Source of the DNA: Haliotis rufescens
Lineage: Eukaryota
DNA: 64,000 nt
Assembly: GCF_023055435.1 (NCBI RefSeq)
Contig: NW_025963879.1
Location: 14,818,001 to 14,882,000, forward strand
Direction: 5' to 3'
Made by a program: the position numbers and the translations under genes. Under the pieces are notes generated by a model. That model worked only from the letters and a program-made list of their open reading frames with translations, ran no database searches and was not told where the DNA came from. This document shows positions 24,655 to 38,200 of the stretch, piece after piece. Position 1 is the stretch's first letter, and the number at the start of each line of letters is the position of its first letter.

Positions 24655-27600
24655 TTATTTGGTCACAAAGGTGAAGACCTTAATACCCCTGGATAATACA
24701 TATACTTTACCACGCCCATCTTTACAAATCCCCTGTGGATGCTTTAAATCAGTCAGTATGTTTCCAACAAACTGTCCTGACTCTGTCAGATGGATGACTC
24801 TGTGTAGATGGTGATCTGAAACCAGGATGTCACCTGTGCTGGTACTTGTGATACCACGTGGAGACTTCAGTGCTGTGTCTCCTGTAGGTCTGTAGGTGAA
24901 CACCACATCTCCCTCGGGGGTCAGACACACGACACACTTGGTTGCACAGTCAGACACTAGGATGTTTCCTGTCCTCGTGGTACAAAGGTAGTTGGGATGC
25001 TGTAGTATGTTTTTACCATTATGAAGTGGACCGATTGACCTCAGGGCGTTTCCTGTCATATCCAGGATGTCAACACAGGGAGGAGACTGGGAACTTGCTG
25101 CTAGTGTCGATGATGTCAGAGATGTGATACCCACGTACGTTTTGCTGGTTGTGATGGTTGACAGCAGTTCCAGGTCCGGGTTGACTCCTACTATTATAAT
25201 ACGGTTTATATGTGGCATTGCGACAGCCACCTGATTGTGTGTCAACCTTGTCAGACCCCACGGATGATTGTTTAGTTTAAGTCTACTGTGACAAGGTTGA
25301 TTGTTCCTGGTGTAGAAGGACTTCACACATTTATTCTCCCTGTCTGTTATTACAACTGTATCTGTTCCATTCACAACCATCACTTTCACATCATAAGAGT
25401 CTTTTGTTTTCACGTCACCCGCTACTCTGGTGCTGATGGTGTCACGTAACGCAGGCGTAGCCTCCAAGTCCAGCACATCCTCATATAAAACGTCAATCTC
25501 CCCCAACTGTAGATTGTCTATTGCTCGACTTAGTACGCTGCTGTTCTGTCTAAATGAGATCATTTCTATCCTTATCTTCTCCTTCAGGTCTGCGTCTCCG
25601 ACAGCCTCCACATCACCTGCTTCACACCCCTGATACATCTCATATACATCCATGTCATACTCAGATTGGAGAGCCCGGTCCATCAGCTCAGTCTGTTGTT
25701 GGTACATCTGTACTGACATCTCACCTAACTTTATATCTGCTTTTAGTTGCCCAATGTGTTTGTCTGACATCTCTTTCAGCTCAGCCAGGAGTTTCCTTTC
25801 CTGGAGTTTAATCTTGGCGATTAATGTTTTGCCTGCTGACTGAACGTCGGATTCCAATTGTTTATGTCGAGCTGTTTCTTCATTTACTTTTGATTGCTGT
25901 TTTTCAACATGTGTTTTCGCTTCATCTTGTTTCAGTGATAACTCTCCCCTGGCCTTCGCTATGACACTTTTCATCGTCTGTATCTCCGACTCTATGGTGA
26001 CGACCTGGTCACACTTCCTGTGGTAGATAGTGCAGCATGTGTGGCAAACTGCTTTCTTGCAATCTTTACATAGAAACTTTGTATGTTCGTTCTTGTGTTC
26101 TTTACACATGACCTTTCCCTTTCTCTCAACCTTCACCTCTCTAAAAAGATCAGTGACGTCGTGATGACGTGTTGCTGGGATACGGTTGTGCACTCTTGCA
26201 CATTTCTGGCAGAAGGCGTCATCACAGACTGAGCACCAAACATCAGCTGGAGTTGTCTCCCCGTCGTCTTTACAGTAACTGCAGGACACTCTATCTGAAA
26301 ACCATATATCTCGTATTATAACTTTTGTTTGAAAAAGCTTTACTTGAGTGCTCCTGGCTGAATGAACTGGCGTTTACATAAACTGTAAACACATGTGAAA
26401 TAGGAAACCGTTGATATCATCAAGGATTGAACAACAAACTCCTTTATATGCGTATTTATAATTAGAAAGAACGAAAAAACAGTATATGCAGCATTGACTC
26501 AAACAGGAGAAGCTCCTGGGTCCAAATGCGCGCTCTTTTTTCACATCACGAACACTCGAGACAAAAAAGCCATTTGATAAAGTGGATTCATTATCATTAG
26601 CATCAACTGAGAATACTATATTGTAAAACCAAGTATAAACTGCAACGCATTGATAAGGGACATTTCACATCAGAAAGCCTAATTGTGTAGGTTTGATACT
26701 TTTAGTTTTGCTAAATATATAAACTATTCGGCATTCGACAGGCAGACTGATGTTCGTAATTTTGTCAGAAACATTCTGATGGGCTGTCTTTGAATGACAT
26801 GATGCCACCTTCTGTCTATTTTCATTGCTGTAGTTCAAGGTAACGTTCTTTCTTGTCACAGACATAAAAGCGGCAAAACCTTTCCATAGTACAATTTCCG
26901 AATCCGACTGAATCATAAGCCTGTATTTATGAATCAGTATCAGATAGGGATGATACCAGGTAACAATAACAATTTGCATACTATTGACAATAAACGCTGT
27001 TGGTTATTTGCGAGAGAGGAAATACTCTTAAACGCCCAGAAGTATGAAAACTCATTATGTTTTACCTCAATGTAATTATATGACTGATTACTACTTCATG
27101 TATTATGTATAAAAAAAGTAACATGTGAAGAAACATGCATCGGCGAAGGATTTAGACCCGTCGACCCGCTTTATCTCCCATCATCACTTTATCACACTTC
27201 ATCACCTATCATCACTTTATCACACTTCATCACTTTATCACACTTCATCTACATCATCACTTTGTCACGCTTTATCTCCCATCATCATTTTATCACAATC
27301 CACCTCCTTTCTATCACTCTATCACGCTCCATCTTCTATCATGACTTTATCACACTTCATCATCCATCATCACTTTGTCACATTTCACATCCCATCATCA
27401 CTTTATCACACTCCACTTCTTCTCATCACCTTGTCACGTTTTATCTTCAATCATCACCTTGTCACACTTCACAATCCATCATCACTTTATCACGCTTCAT
27501 CTCCTATCACCATATTGTCATGCTTTATCTTCTATCATCATTTTGTGACACTTCACCTTCTATCATCATGTTATCACACTCCACCTCCTATCACCACTTT

Positions 27601-27898
27601 GTATACCTTTAGATCCTGGACCAAACGAGTCCAAGAGTCCCTGGATGACAAAGCTAGGCTTGACGTCATCCGCCCACTCCTCCACTGGTCTCTCAGGGTC
27701 AGTCACTTTCGTCATCTTGCTGCAGAATGGACACAGGAGAGACTTGGCACTGATGACTTCTGGTCTGGTTTTGGTATAGTTGACGACACATTTCCGACAG
27801 AAGGTGTGATTGCAGTCAAGTGTACAAGGATTGTCAAACACCTCGGTACATATGACACAGGAGAGAAAATGCTTTCTCAGCGTCTGGGAAGTAGCCAT
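24655..27898 (-). CDS. TRIM E3 ubiquitin ligase (RING, B-box1, B-box2, coiled coil, NHL-like beta-propeller; TRIM2/3/56/71-like), ~643 aa. Coding exons 27898-27607 and 26294-24655
   Basis: Exon 1 follows a tttcag acceptor, starts MATSQ, encodes a C3HC4 RING (CVIC..CNHTFCRKC..CPFC) and ends AAAG|gtatac (phase 1). Exon 2 starts ttttcag|AT AGA GTG in frame with ORF 24655-26289, which carries B-box1 (CSYC..CSVC..CQKC..H..HH), B-box2 (CKEH..CKDC..CHTC..H), a helical region and NHL-type blades (P.GI...S.GDILVSD). Confidence 0.93.
27167..27600. repeat. Degenerate low-complexity tandem repeat (catcatcactttatcacactt-like) in the TRIM intron
   Basis: Repeated atcactttatcacac motifs right next to the exon 1 donor. 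Confidence 0.85.
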
Positions 27899-28759
27899 CT
27901 GAAACACTGAAAAGGAGATACGTTCAAAACATCATTTCAAAAACATACACGAACGCACACACTCCTGTATTTGTTATCTCAAAGTGAGGTAAGTAAGATT
28001 TTACCCAATAAAGTGACAGCTGTGCAATTCAACAAATGATATTGAATTATTAAATGAAATAGATAAAACTTCACATACTCTGCGATAGATCCTAAATGCC
28101 AGAGAATAAACAGTCTCGATTATCTGCCGATACAGATTCCATGGGGCATAAAAGGCAAAATAGCGGTTGCCGTTATATGACTGAGTCACTGAAAATCAGT
28201 GTTGCCAAGGGTAAGCATGCCTTACTGGTAGCACTCGCCACTCACACAATTTGCATGAAAAGGTGAGCATTTGTTTGTTGCCTGACGCCACACAGAAGTC
28301 CTCCATTACGGAAATCAACTCTGTTGGTTCATAGTTACAGAGACTCCAGCCTTGTTGAAATAATCAGCTGAGTATCATATGAGCCACGTGCGTTTCCAGG
28401 GCGAATATGGGATTTGCAAGTACAATCGTGTTACAGTTAAGCAAAGGGACGTAATGTCGCGACAAAGCACTACTAATATTACCTCCTTTGAAATAACGAA
28501 AAATCGGTTTCCAATCCCATGTTGTTCGTCTCAGAAGTGTTTGTCCCTTCCCTTACATTTGCTAATATTCCAGTTTAATTGCGTTTAGGAACAGCTTATA
28601 TCAACGGCTATATCCATGTATGATGTATTGGTATTTTAAAAATATTACGAGGTTTTACATTGACCACTTCCAAGATCCAACTCTCTTGCAGGTGCCTCTA
28701 CTCCAAGTTAGCTCCAGCTAATACAACTTCCACAACTTCCGCAACTTCAATATAAGACC

Positions 28760-29100
28760 AAGTCGCAGAATAACTTTTGCACTTTTATTTTTCAATATAA
28801 TCTCCATTCACCTCAATGCACTTATTCCATTTGTCCTTCAAGCTTTTAATACCACTTTTATAGAAATCCGCAGATTGGCCCTCTAACCACGCCTCTGTGG
28901 CAGCCTTTATGTCCTCTTCATCTTCGAAGCGTTTTCCACGTAGGGCAGATTTCATTTACCTGAACAGGAAATAGTCCCTGGGGGCAAAGTCTGGACTGTA
29001 CAGTTAAATCACCCACACTACAGCCCAGATTTAGCCCCCAGTGACTATTTCCTGTTCCGGTAAATGAAATCTGCCCTACGTGGAAGACGCTTCCAGGATG
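28760..29100. mobile_element. Mariner transposase C-terminal remnant arranged as an inverted duplication
   Basis: Minus strand reads YSPDFAPRDYFLFR*MKSALRGKRFEDEEDIK..KW.KCIEVNGDYIEK*; plus strand reads HPHYSPDLAPSDYFLFR*MKSALRGRRFQD. Confidence 0.88.
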
Positions 29101-30052
29101 TTCCTGCCTTTTCTTTGTCCGAGCCTTTGTTACAGTTATTATGTTATACAGGAAACGTATCGAATATTATATCTTGTGATCTGGAGTAGGATCAGCATTT
29201 GGTATTATAACACTTTTAGTATTACCCGGGCAGTGCCTAGTAGCGATGCATGCGCGGGGACATTGTGGACATTAGACAAAGGTATAATTTAATTTTAGAA
29301 ATATTGCAGAGAACTGATGCTTGTAATCAATCTTTTGAATTCCAGTGTACATATAAAGTACATCAAATAACAGGCCATAGGCTATCTGCTCCGTTGAATT
29401 ATTGCCTTTGGTGTCCAAATCCATATCGACTTCACACTGCGGGTGAGCATTGTTGAGTGTTGAGTGTCATGTTGATTGGAAATATAGTTTGTATTTAACT
29501 GCTGCTGAAAGCGGTCTGAAGCGCAGGATCATAGGCCTGTGTGTACAGCAAATTTAGGGCACCATATCACTGATATGGCTTCGTTATAAAAACACTTTCG
29601 CTTTGACACCTTTCGCTTAGGTATACAGTTCTTAATGAGATTTGATGTTTGGATTAAGTTGATTAATCAGTACATTATTGATGGGGTTAGGTGAACAGAA
29701 GCAGACAGAAATAATGTGCAAAGAGACAGAACCCATTGAGGGAACTGTTATATTTCTATGTTGGTTAAACAGTTATAAGCGCACGTGTTTCACCTGAAAT
29801 GTCTTGTGGAGGGAAATCTCTCAGTCAATACTAGGCCATGCAGCTGCCCAGAGGACTGTTATTCAAACCTACTCGGTGTGGAGTAGGGGCAGAATGGCAA
29901 AAGCCGAACCTATGGGTTTAGTTGAATCCGTTTTCTATACAATTAGCATTCTCGCGAGGGACGAATTCATGTATTACCACTGGTCATAGTTCAAGGCTAC
30001 TGGTAGTGGCACAAGGTCAGAAACCTCTCCCGCCCAAGTGACATTGTCATAC

Positions 30053-30368
30053 GGCCTCAGACCACAGTTATCCCCCGTTTTACCATGAACCGGAAGCAAC
30101 ATAGGAAAACTACCCTGTTTTAATGGGCTGTTCATCCTGATTACATCTTCCCATGGTTTGACCCTAAGGTGAAGGCCGCTCTGTGTGTGTTTCGTCTCGA
30201 AACATCCGGTGAGCATTGTATACAGTGGTTACTACGAAATCCAGCTGGTGGATCCAGGCCGATACTTTGCGGACAAATGGGAATGCAACAGGAGAACAGC
30301 CTACGGCCGATATAAATTATGGTGGGCTGTAGATAGCAAAGAGGAAGAAAATATTGTGGTCTGAGGCC
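30053..30368. mobile_element. Putative MITE with 14-bp TIRs
   Basis: GGCCTCAGACCACA / TGTGGTCTGAGGCC perfect inverted pair; no clear TSD. Confidence 0.5.
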
Positions 30369-31306
30369 AGAAGAGATCTTGACACCATTGACAACACAAA
30401 CTGAAACAGTTAATCAACGTTTTGAAACTGGCTGTTCTCTAGAACAAAAGACACAGTATTCCTAAATCCTAAGAACAGGTGTACGTTGTAATTTGTTCGA
30501 TTTTTATTGCAATAAATATCATTCCATCACATGAGGAATCTGTCTCTTGTTTTGTTCTATCAAATACGTTATATATGTTCTCCTATTAACATTATTTCTC
30601 TTTCGCGTATGAAAATATTGTCAACGAAATAGATTGGTTAAATGTTTCAAAGCAGTCATTTTTCAAAAGGCGACGAGTGACTAGAGAAATTATACACGTC
30701 TCCAGTGAAGCTTCATCTCATGCAGTAGGCTAACACTATTTAACTTCCTGGTTTGGCAACACTCAGTGCTAGGCTGTATTCACATAAACTGATTACACAA
30801 AATGAGGTAATACATTCAGGTAATTATCGTTGGTATGGGTTCGTTGGGGGTTTAATACAAATGATTATAAAAGGCCATCATAGTGTCGCACGTACACCAA
30901 CAGGTCGCCGGTCACATGGGCTTCTACCCTGAGGTCTTCAGCGACCTATGCTTGTCGTAAGAGGAGACTAACGGGATCGGGGTGTCATACTCGCTGAGAT
31001 CTTGTTTAAAAAATGAAGTGAGTTATGTATAATATAAAATTAAAATACATATAAATTCATCATTGATAATAGGTATTTCTAGTGAACCGGTAACATACAT
31101 GGATGTTCATGGTGATGCTAGCACTAAGGGAGGGTAAACTACCTACTCTGTATAACGAAAGTACACGTTACAGACATGATGTTTCTCTCTTCTCTGGTAT
31201 TCCAAGCATCACATGTTCGCATTCATACCTGTTACCCCACTTTAATTTATAGATGACTACTATGTCAGATACGTTTTTTAGTTTTTTAGTGTTAGAATCG
31301 CCATAA

Positions 31307-31581
31307 ACCTACCTGTGCACTTGTTCTGTCCGTCACAGGCAGTGTCTGACTGAACTGCAAATCATTTCAAATATTAGATAAGATAGGGGCAATCTCGAGA
31401 GCTTTATGACGTCATACAGAGTTATTCCGAAAGCGGTCTGAAGCGCAGGATCATTAACCTACCTGTGCACTGGTTCTGTCCGTCACAGGCAGTGCCTGAC
31501 TCAACTGCAAACCACTTCAAATATTAGATAAGATCGGAGCAATCTCGATAGTTTCATGACGCCATGCAGAGTTATTCTGAA
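31307..31581. repeat. Direct tandem duplication, ~150-bp period
   Basis: acctacctgtgcact..cagagttattc at 31307 and 31457. Confidence 0.85.
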
Positions 31582-32059
31582 TCCAGTCTAGGCAACGGTT
31601 TTATGTGTATCAAAATGACAAAGACGGAGACGACACAAACATTGGCTAAGTTTTGATGCCTAAAATTGGAAATTTAAACCATATATTTTCAAAATGATAC
31701 CCTGTTTGTTTACAACAAAACCCCGTTGTTTGGGACGATACCGATTTACAAATCCTAGTTGTGTATTTATGCCTTTAGCTACATATAAACGTTCAAAATA
31801 GTTATCTGGAAAGGACTTTGCCGAGATCCGGACTAGTTTCACAACATGTATACTGAAAAAGTACTGCGCGAGCCGAACATTGACAAGTTTAAATATGAGT
31901 ATTATTCCCTTTTGGCAAAATCTTTCTTGAGTAATCTGTGTTTGCCTAGTTAAGAAAAACATTGATTATACAAATCGAATTATTTTTTGACAGGTATTCA
32001 TGAATCTGAATAAAACATTTAAATTGACGATTGCCAAAACATCCTTTAAACCGAGTTCG

Positions 32060-32557
32060 TTTACTTGTTCTTTTTATTGATGCCTACAAGGTACATGCAC
32101 ATAATGTGAATGACAAAATTCAGGAAAAACATGGCAAATATGCGGACCTCGCTTTCGGGATGTCACGCTTGCATCCCAAGTACCAAGTTGTCCGTCTACC
32201 CATTGTTCTCGGTGTCTTGGTAGCTCCCAATCTGTTGACTGACATTGGGAGAGTACGCTGGTTTGCTACAAGGAATACAGCCCTTCTGACAATCTGGGTA
32301 ATGCAGAAGGCTTCAGTGTTGGGGAGATTTCACATTCTCGGAAAGGTTCTGGGTGTGTTTGACTAGGCAGCGCTTCCTGGGAGAAGTCCCATTCGCTGTC
32401 TGGGCTGCGTGTAGAGGGGGCAATGGCCCTGAGCTGATGATGAGCCTAAGCAGCCTGACTGTGCCAGGATCACCCAACACCCTCTTTGCTTCATTTTTTT
32501 ACTTAAATATGTACATGATAATAATAATAATAATAATAATAATTATTATAATAATAA
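32060..32557 (+). mobile_element. 5'-truncated R4/Dong-clade (restriction-like endonuclease) non-LTR retrotransposon ending in (TAA)n
   Basis: ID..N..K..EK..KY.DL...V.RLPIVLG...MQKASVLG..HIL.KVL is the REL-domain C-terminus; a 3' UTR and (ATA)n run follow at 32518-32557. Confidence 0.75.
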
Positions 32558-33129
32558 GGGTAACCGGATATTTCTAGGTGTATTAAGAATTAACAAATGA
32601 AAATAATTTAAAAAACTTAAAAACTTCGAAGTTTAAGCCTGGAGTGAACGTATATCACCACAAGGGAAGTAAACGACGTATAACTTCGTGCCACGTGGAT
32701 GTGATACTGTATAGAACAGAGTACGATATGGTTATGACATACACTTGGTCACAGGCTATCACATTTTATGTCAGTAACACTAAGATAACACAGTTCATCT
32801 GATACAAACCGACACATGATCTCAGATATCAGACTGTCCTACAACTNNNNNNNNNNNNNNNNNNNNNNNNNNNNNNNNNNNNNNNNNNNNNNNNNNNNNN
32901 NNNNNNNNNNNNNNNNNNNNNNNNNNNNNNNNNNNNNNNNNNNNNNNNNNNNNNNNNNNNNNNNNNNNNNNNNNNNNNNNNNNNNNNNNNNNAATATTTT
33001 TCCACAATTATTATCAACCCTTAGACCAGTTCCGTACATGTCTATAACGTCATCGCTGAGATTTGAGTTTCTATTGGTTAAGCCAACAAGCTTAACTCGT
33101 TCCTCCTAATGTCCTTAAAACTATCATTT

Positions 33130-33565
33130 CGTTAAGATTGTCTGATAAAGCAACTCAAAAATGGAATGCAGGGGTTACACATTCTTCTAAAGGTGTCACA
33201 TATCGCATATTTAAAACTGAACTCGTCCTTGAAAAGTATTTATTAGTTATCCCTTTCTCGTTGGCTGTAAAATCCCGTCTGTTTAGAACCTCATGCCACC
33301 ATTTACCTATTGAACTAGGTGGGTGGCACAAAATCCCTGCCAATGAACGAACGTGTAACCCCAAATATGTTTGAATTTAAAGAACTTTTTAATTGTAAAA
33401 AAATGAATGTTATTAAAAAACTGTACATTCTGTAATGTAATTATGAAAATTGTAAAATCTTCCATGTAAACCATCCCACCACCTTATGTATTTACTGTTG
33501 GTAAATTTGTACCTCATATGCCGAGGATTCCGGCCTGAGCGTAAATAAAGTTCTGTTCTGTTCTC
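33130..33565 (+). mobile_element. 3' fragment of an RTE-X-like LINE
   Basis: Q.W..SSKGVTYRIFK..LEKYL..FRTSCHHLPIELGGW..ERTC, followed by AATAAA(GTTCT)n tail. Confidence 0.75.
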
Positions 33566-35195
33566 ATTACCTGCCGAAAGATGAAAATAATGTAATAGAT
33601 CACAAAAAAATCAGTGATGACGAAAAGGGTTAGCATGCCCTGTCCTGTAATACCCACCACTCACACAATTTGCATAAGAGAGTGTTTGTGTGTTTCCTGG
33701 TGCAAGGAAATGTCTTAATTATACATGCAGATTTTTTTTAACATTTTTCTTTTTGCATACAGCTTTGTATTGTTCGTACGGTATTCCAATGCTCAGAACT
33801 TACATAATTAACTGACTTCGGACAGCTATACCGCAACTCCTCGTACCTCGTAGGTTATTCTCTTACTGTTGATAACATTCCACCAACACGCTACTGCTTA
33901 AACTTGCTTGGTGAATAGAGGACAAGTACAATGCATGGTGATAACGCGTTAAGGTAGCGGTGACCATTGACGGGGTGTAGACGTATATCGGCCGATACAT
34001 ATCTAGGTTACCATCCTGTCAGTGGGTACTGCATCTCTCTATTTTGAAAATGAGTATTATGCTCATCCAATATGCTGACCAGATGGGAATAATTCTATTT
34101 GAATGTTAGTTCAGTTATGTATACTTAAGGGAAGTTATTGGGAGATGCTCAAAGGCTGCAAGACCTACAGTAACACCTGACCTAAAAAGTCATATGATGG
34201 ATTAATTTTGCACACAACGCCAGCGATAAACGCCGCTTTTAGATTGAATTGCGGCGCCTTAGACGACTGGGCCATCTGTGACCCCGTCATTGTAATAACT
34301 ACCACTACGACATGTTAACTGTATACGTCCTTCAAAACAAGAACTTAAAGGAAGACAACCACTGTGTTGTTAAATACAATAATGCCACCCTCGGTTTGGG
34401 TATTTAACACTCCTTGGAATGAGCGCTAGACTGCTTTCTTAAATAGGAGAAGCCACCATAAATACCCTCAGACGTTTACGACTTTGGTAAAGCTCACAGA
34501 CACGGATATAGATGTCACAGGCCCAAGGGTTATTTTCGGGTCGAATCTCGTATGCGAACCAATGATCAATAGTTAAATGCAATTAAATATTGTTGAGAAA
34601 TCAGTGTGCATAACATACTCAATACCATCGATAAATGCAAATTATAAATCATGAAACTTGGTGAGTATAGTCTTTATTTCGGTACCAGCCGCCAGGTGAG
34701 AAGGATCTAATCTACCGTACGTTAAAGATAACTTTGTACGTCTAAATGGCAGTATAAATTCAACATTGAAGGTTTTTGATTTAAGTTATTGTGAACGCTG
34801 GCTTTTGTGGGGCAACATTCGTCACCAAAAAACCCAACAACATTAAAAAGCTTGAATAAAGTTAATTTGTCCTCAGGTTTGAACCCCAAAATTCTTTATT
34901 AAAAAAAATGTTTAAAAGAGAAAAAAACAACTCTTCAGCTCCTTTCACTGAAAAAAAATCAAGCAGTGACAAAACAATCTAAACATCGACACCCTACTGC
35001 AATGATCGGTCCCTATCCAGTATTCGTGCATTATATGTAAATTGCCGATTTCAGCATGGTCATGCTCTCCATAGGATATACATGTAAATGAAATTCTATA
35101 TCCCGCTATTGTTATTACAATCATTTACCTGAGCTTTGAACGCCTGTCACATGTATTGGTGTATTGTTACATTTCACCTGACAGTGCACGTCAAG

Positions 35196-35225
35196 TGATA
35201 AGGCGTGTCAGTCCCTGTCTTATCA
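35196..35225. promoter_or_regulatory. Inverted GATA pair just upstream of the CPA(+) ATG
   Basis: TGATAA (35196-35201) and TTATCA (35220-35225); E-box CACCTG at ~35175. Confidence 0.45.
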
Positions 35226-35259
35226 TTAACTACGAAACGCTGTAGTGAGGCAAGGAGGT

Positions 35260-38200
35260 ATGCTGCGTCTTATTCTTTTAGTGTGTTGTGTCGGCACTTT
35301 GTATGCTGAAAAAGTACGTTATGACGGGTAAGAAATATTACATTATTCTCATTCTAACATTGAATAATACATGTTCAATGAATGGCTAGGAAAATATTTC
35401 ATTTCATGTTGTACTTTTCAATGTACGCAGATAATATCATATTCGTGAAACAAAATAAAGTTTTATATGTTTCCGTTATTACTGCCCTCATCTGGAAGGT
35501 ATGATAACAGCTGTTGCTCATGCCAATAACTGTTGGTTGTGGGTGGGTGGGGGTGGTGGGGCGGGACGGGGGGTGGGGTGGGGATGTGGGGGATGACACG
35601 GGTGGAGTTGGTGATCGGGGTGGGTGTGGAGAATCGTCAAAGCATTTTACTGGTAATTAAGGCGTGCCAGAAACCAAGGATCGTCGGTTTACTCTGATTA
35701 TGTTTCTAGATGTGTCAGCACTGAAGGGTTTCATTCAAGAGGTGCACTACTATAAGACCTGCCTCACCTCACTTCGGACTTTCCTTTCACATCAAGCTGA
35801 GGCGCCATGTTAAAACTGAAACACTTTTGAGAGCGACGTTTAACCAAACTCCTTTACTCACTCACTCGCTAGTGACTGTAATGATCTGTTGTTTATTTAT
35901 CAATACAGGCACAAAATTATTCGTGTGACACCCAGCTCTGAAGCGGAGTTTTATCAACTCGATGAATTTCAACAATACTTGGCCAAGGAAAGGGTGAGTT
36001 GAAATTTAATATGATCTGTTTATTTGTAAGAAAGAGAAACTAACAAGGGAAGCCAACAGATGATTGGCGCTGATAGGTGATTAGCAATAGACAATGGAAA
36101 CCAACACTTTACAGTACTTAGCGCTGATGGTATGGAAGCCAGTACTTAAGTTATCATAGATAAGTAATAGGTAATGGACACTGGGCAAACGGGAGGCCGG
36201 GGGTAATTGGCACCGACAGGGGAGAGAATGGACATAGCAATGGGCAAATGGAAGCCAGCTACGTAATTAGCATATATTCTCTTCCTTATGTGTATCATTT
36301 CTAAATGCCTTTCAAAGACCTGTTTATTTGTGTTACATTGCATTGTGTCAAACACAATTGTTGTGTACAATGTCGATTGTATGCAATATACCATTGCTAC
36401 AGTTGCAACATATCTGATGTGACGTAAAGAACCTTGACTTATTACATGTATGTACTGCCTCCTTAGCGTAGAAAATACATAAGTGTCTGAAAACTTCAAA
36501 GTAATTCAAAACATTACGTTAGTTATTAGTGTAATGTTCATCAAATAAAACATGGTTTTAGTTTCAACAAAAACAGTAAACGCACTATCTTGTATGGATT
36601 GAATGGTCCCAACACGCTATCACTGTATATAGGACGACAACGTAGGGCACCAGTATTGCTGGGTGCGTTGGGAAACGAACATATTTCCTTTTCCTAGAAC
36701 ACCTGGTGTTATCAATGATTTTCAGTGATCCTTTATGTACAATGGAATCGACGAAAAGTGTTTTATATGTCTGTTGTCAGTGACATTAAAGAAATAACTG
36801 GACAAATTGTTATTATTTTACTAATTGGTATGAGTTCAAGACAACAATTATACCAACCATATTCGGGTTTTATATCTCAATATAAGAAGAAAATAAAAAA
36901 AGTATGAAATCAATATTACTTAAAAAATAATAAGCGCTTTCAATAAAAGCGCTTTCATACTGCTCCAGATTTAATTATCACAATATTTGGGTTTTGCATT
37001 TGATATTAAATTCAGCCATAATTAAGTATGAGGTACCAAAATTATATCAGTCTTCTTGCATACCAACAACTTTCTTTATAATTATTAAGGTTGACATATG
37101 GCACAAGAGCTCCGGACCCAATTCACACCTCGACTTCCGGCTTGGACCGGATATGGGTTACATATTGGGCCACCTGCGACTGACGTCACGTGTTCTCATT
37201 CCGAATGTACAGGCCTACATTGACTACGAACTGAAAACCAACATCATGTCCAAACAGCATGTTGGAGCTGGGTTTGACTACGGCATGTATCATGATCTCG
37301 ACGAGGTATGTTGTCAAAATAAAGAAAACAGGATCATCTGTTCTTTGGGCATGCCAGAAACCTATGATTGTGGGTTCGAATCCCGGTTCGCCCCGATTAT
37401 GTTTCTAGGTTTGTCAGCACCATACCCGTGCTCGTGAGTTTTACTAAAGTGGTAAACGTCTTAGACCTGCATCACTTCGGGCTTTCCTCCCACATTATGC
37501 TGACACGCCGTGATACTGGAATACTGTAGCGGAATTAAACCAAACTCACTTACTTACTCATCTGTCCATTACCTCGGTTAACTTGCTCCTTTGTTCAGAA
37601 CCCAATGGACTGCCTCCGTGGCCTAGTGGTAGAGCGGTTGGTCCGGGGTTCGATCCCCGGCCGCGTCATACCAAAAGACGTTAAAATATGGTATTTGTTG
37701 TTACCCTGTCTGGCGCTCGGCATTAAAGTGCGAAAAGGACTGGTCGACTCGGCGTGAGTCAACTGTGTCTGAGTGGTGTATTCATGTTAAACTTCGGCAT
37801 GGTATCTCAGTGAGCTATAAATCGGCATCNNNNNNNNNNNNNNNNNNNNNNNNNNNNNNNNNNNNNNNNNNNNNNNNNNNNNNNNNNNNNNNNNNNNNNN
37901 NNNNNNNNNNNNNNNNNNNNNNNNNNNNNNNNNNNNNNNNNNNNNNNNNNNNNNNNNNNNNNNNNNNNNNNNNNNNNNNNNNNNNNNNNNNNNNNNNNNN
38001 NNNNNNNNNNNNNNNNNNNNNNNNNNNNTAATCTTGGACGCTACGTTAAACCCAATTTCACCTCAACCCAGAACCCAATGGAATTCTACAAGGGATATTT
38101 TCATTTCATTTCGATTTCGCTGTTTCGAACTTAAGGTAAATGTAGTTTGGCATCTTCATGTGTGCGTATGCCTGTGTGCGTGTGCGTGTGCGTGTGCGTG

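Noticed and set aside
27125-27910. 261-aa His/Ser-rich + strand ORF
   Set aside because: Low-complexity intronic repeat plus the antisense of the TRIM RING exon
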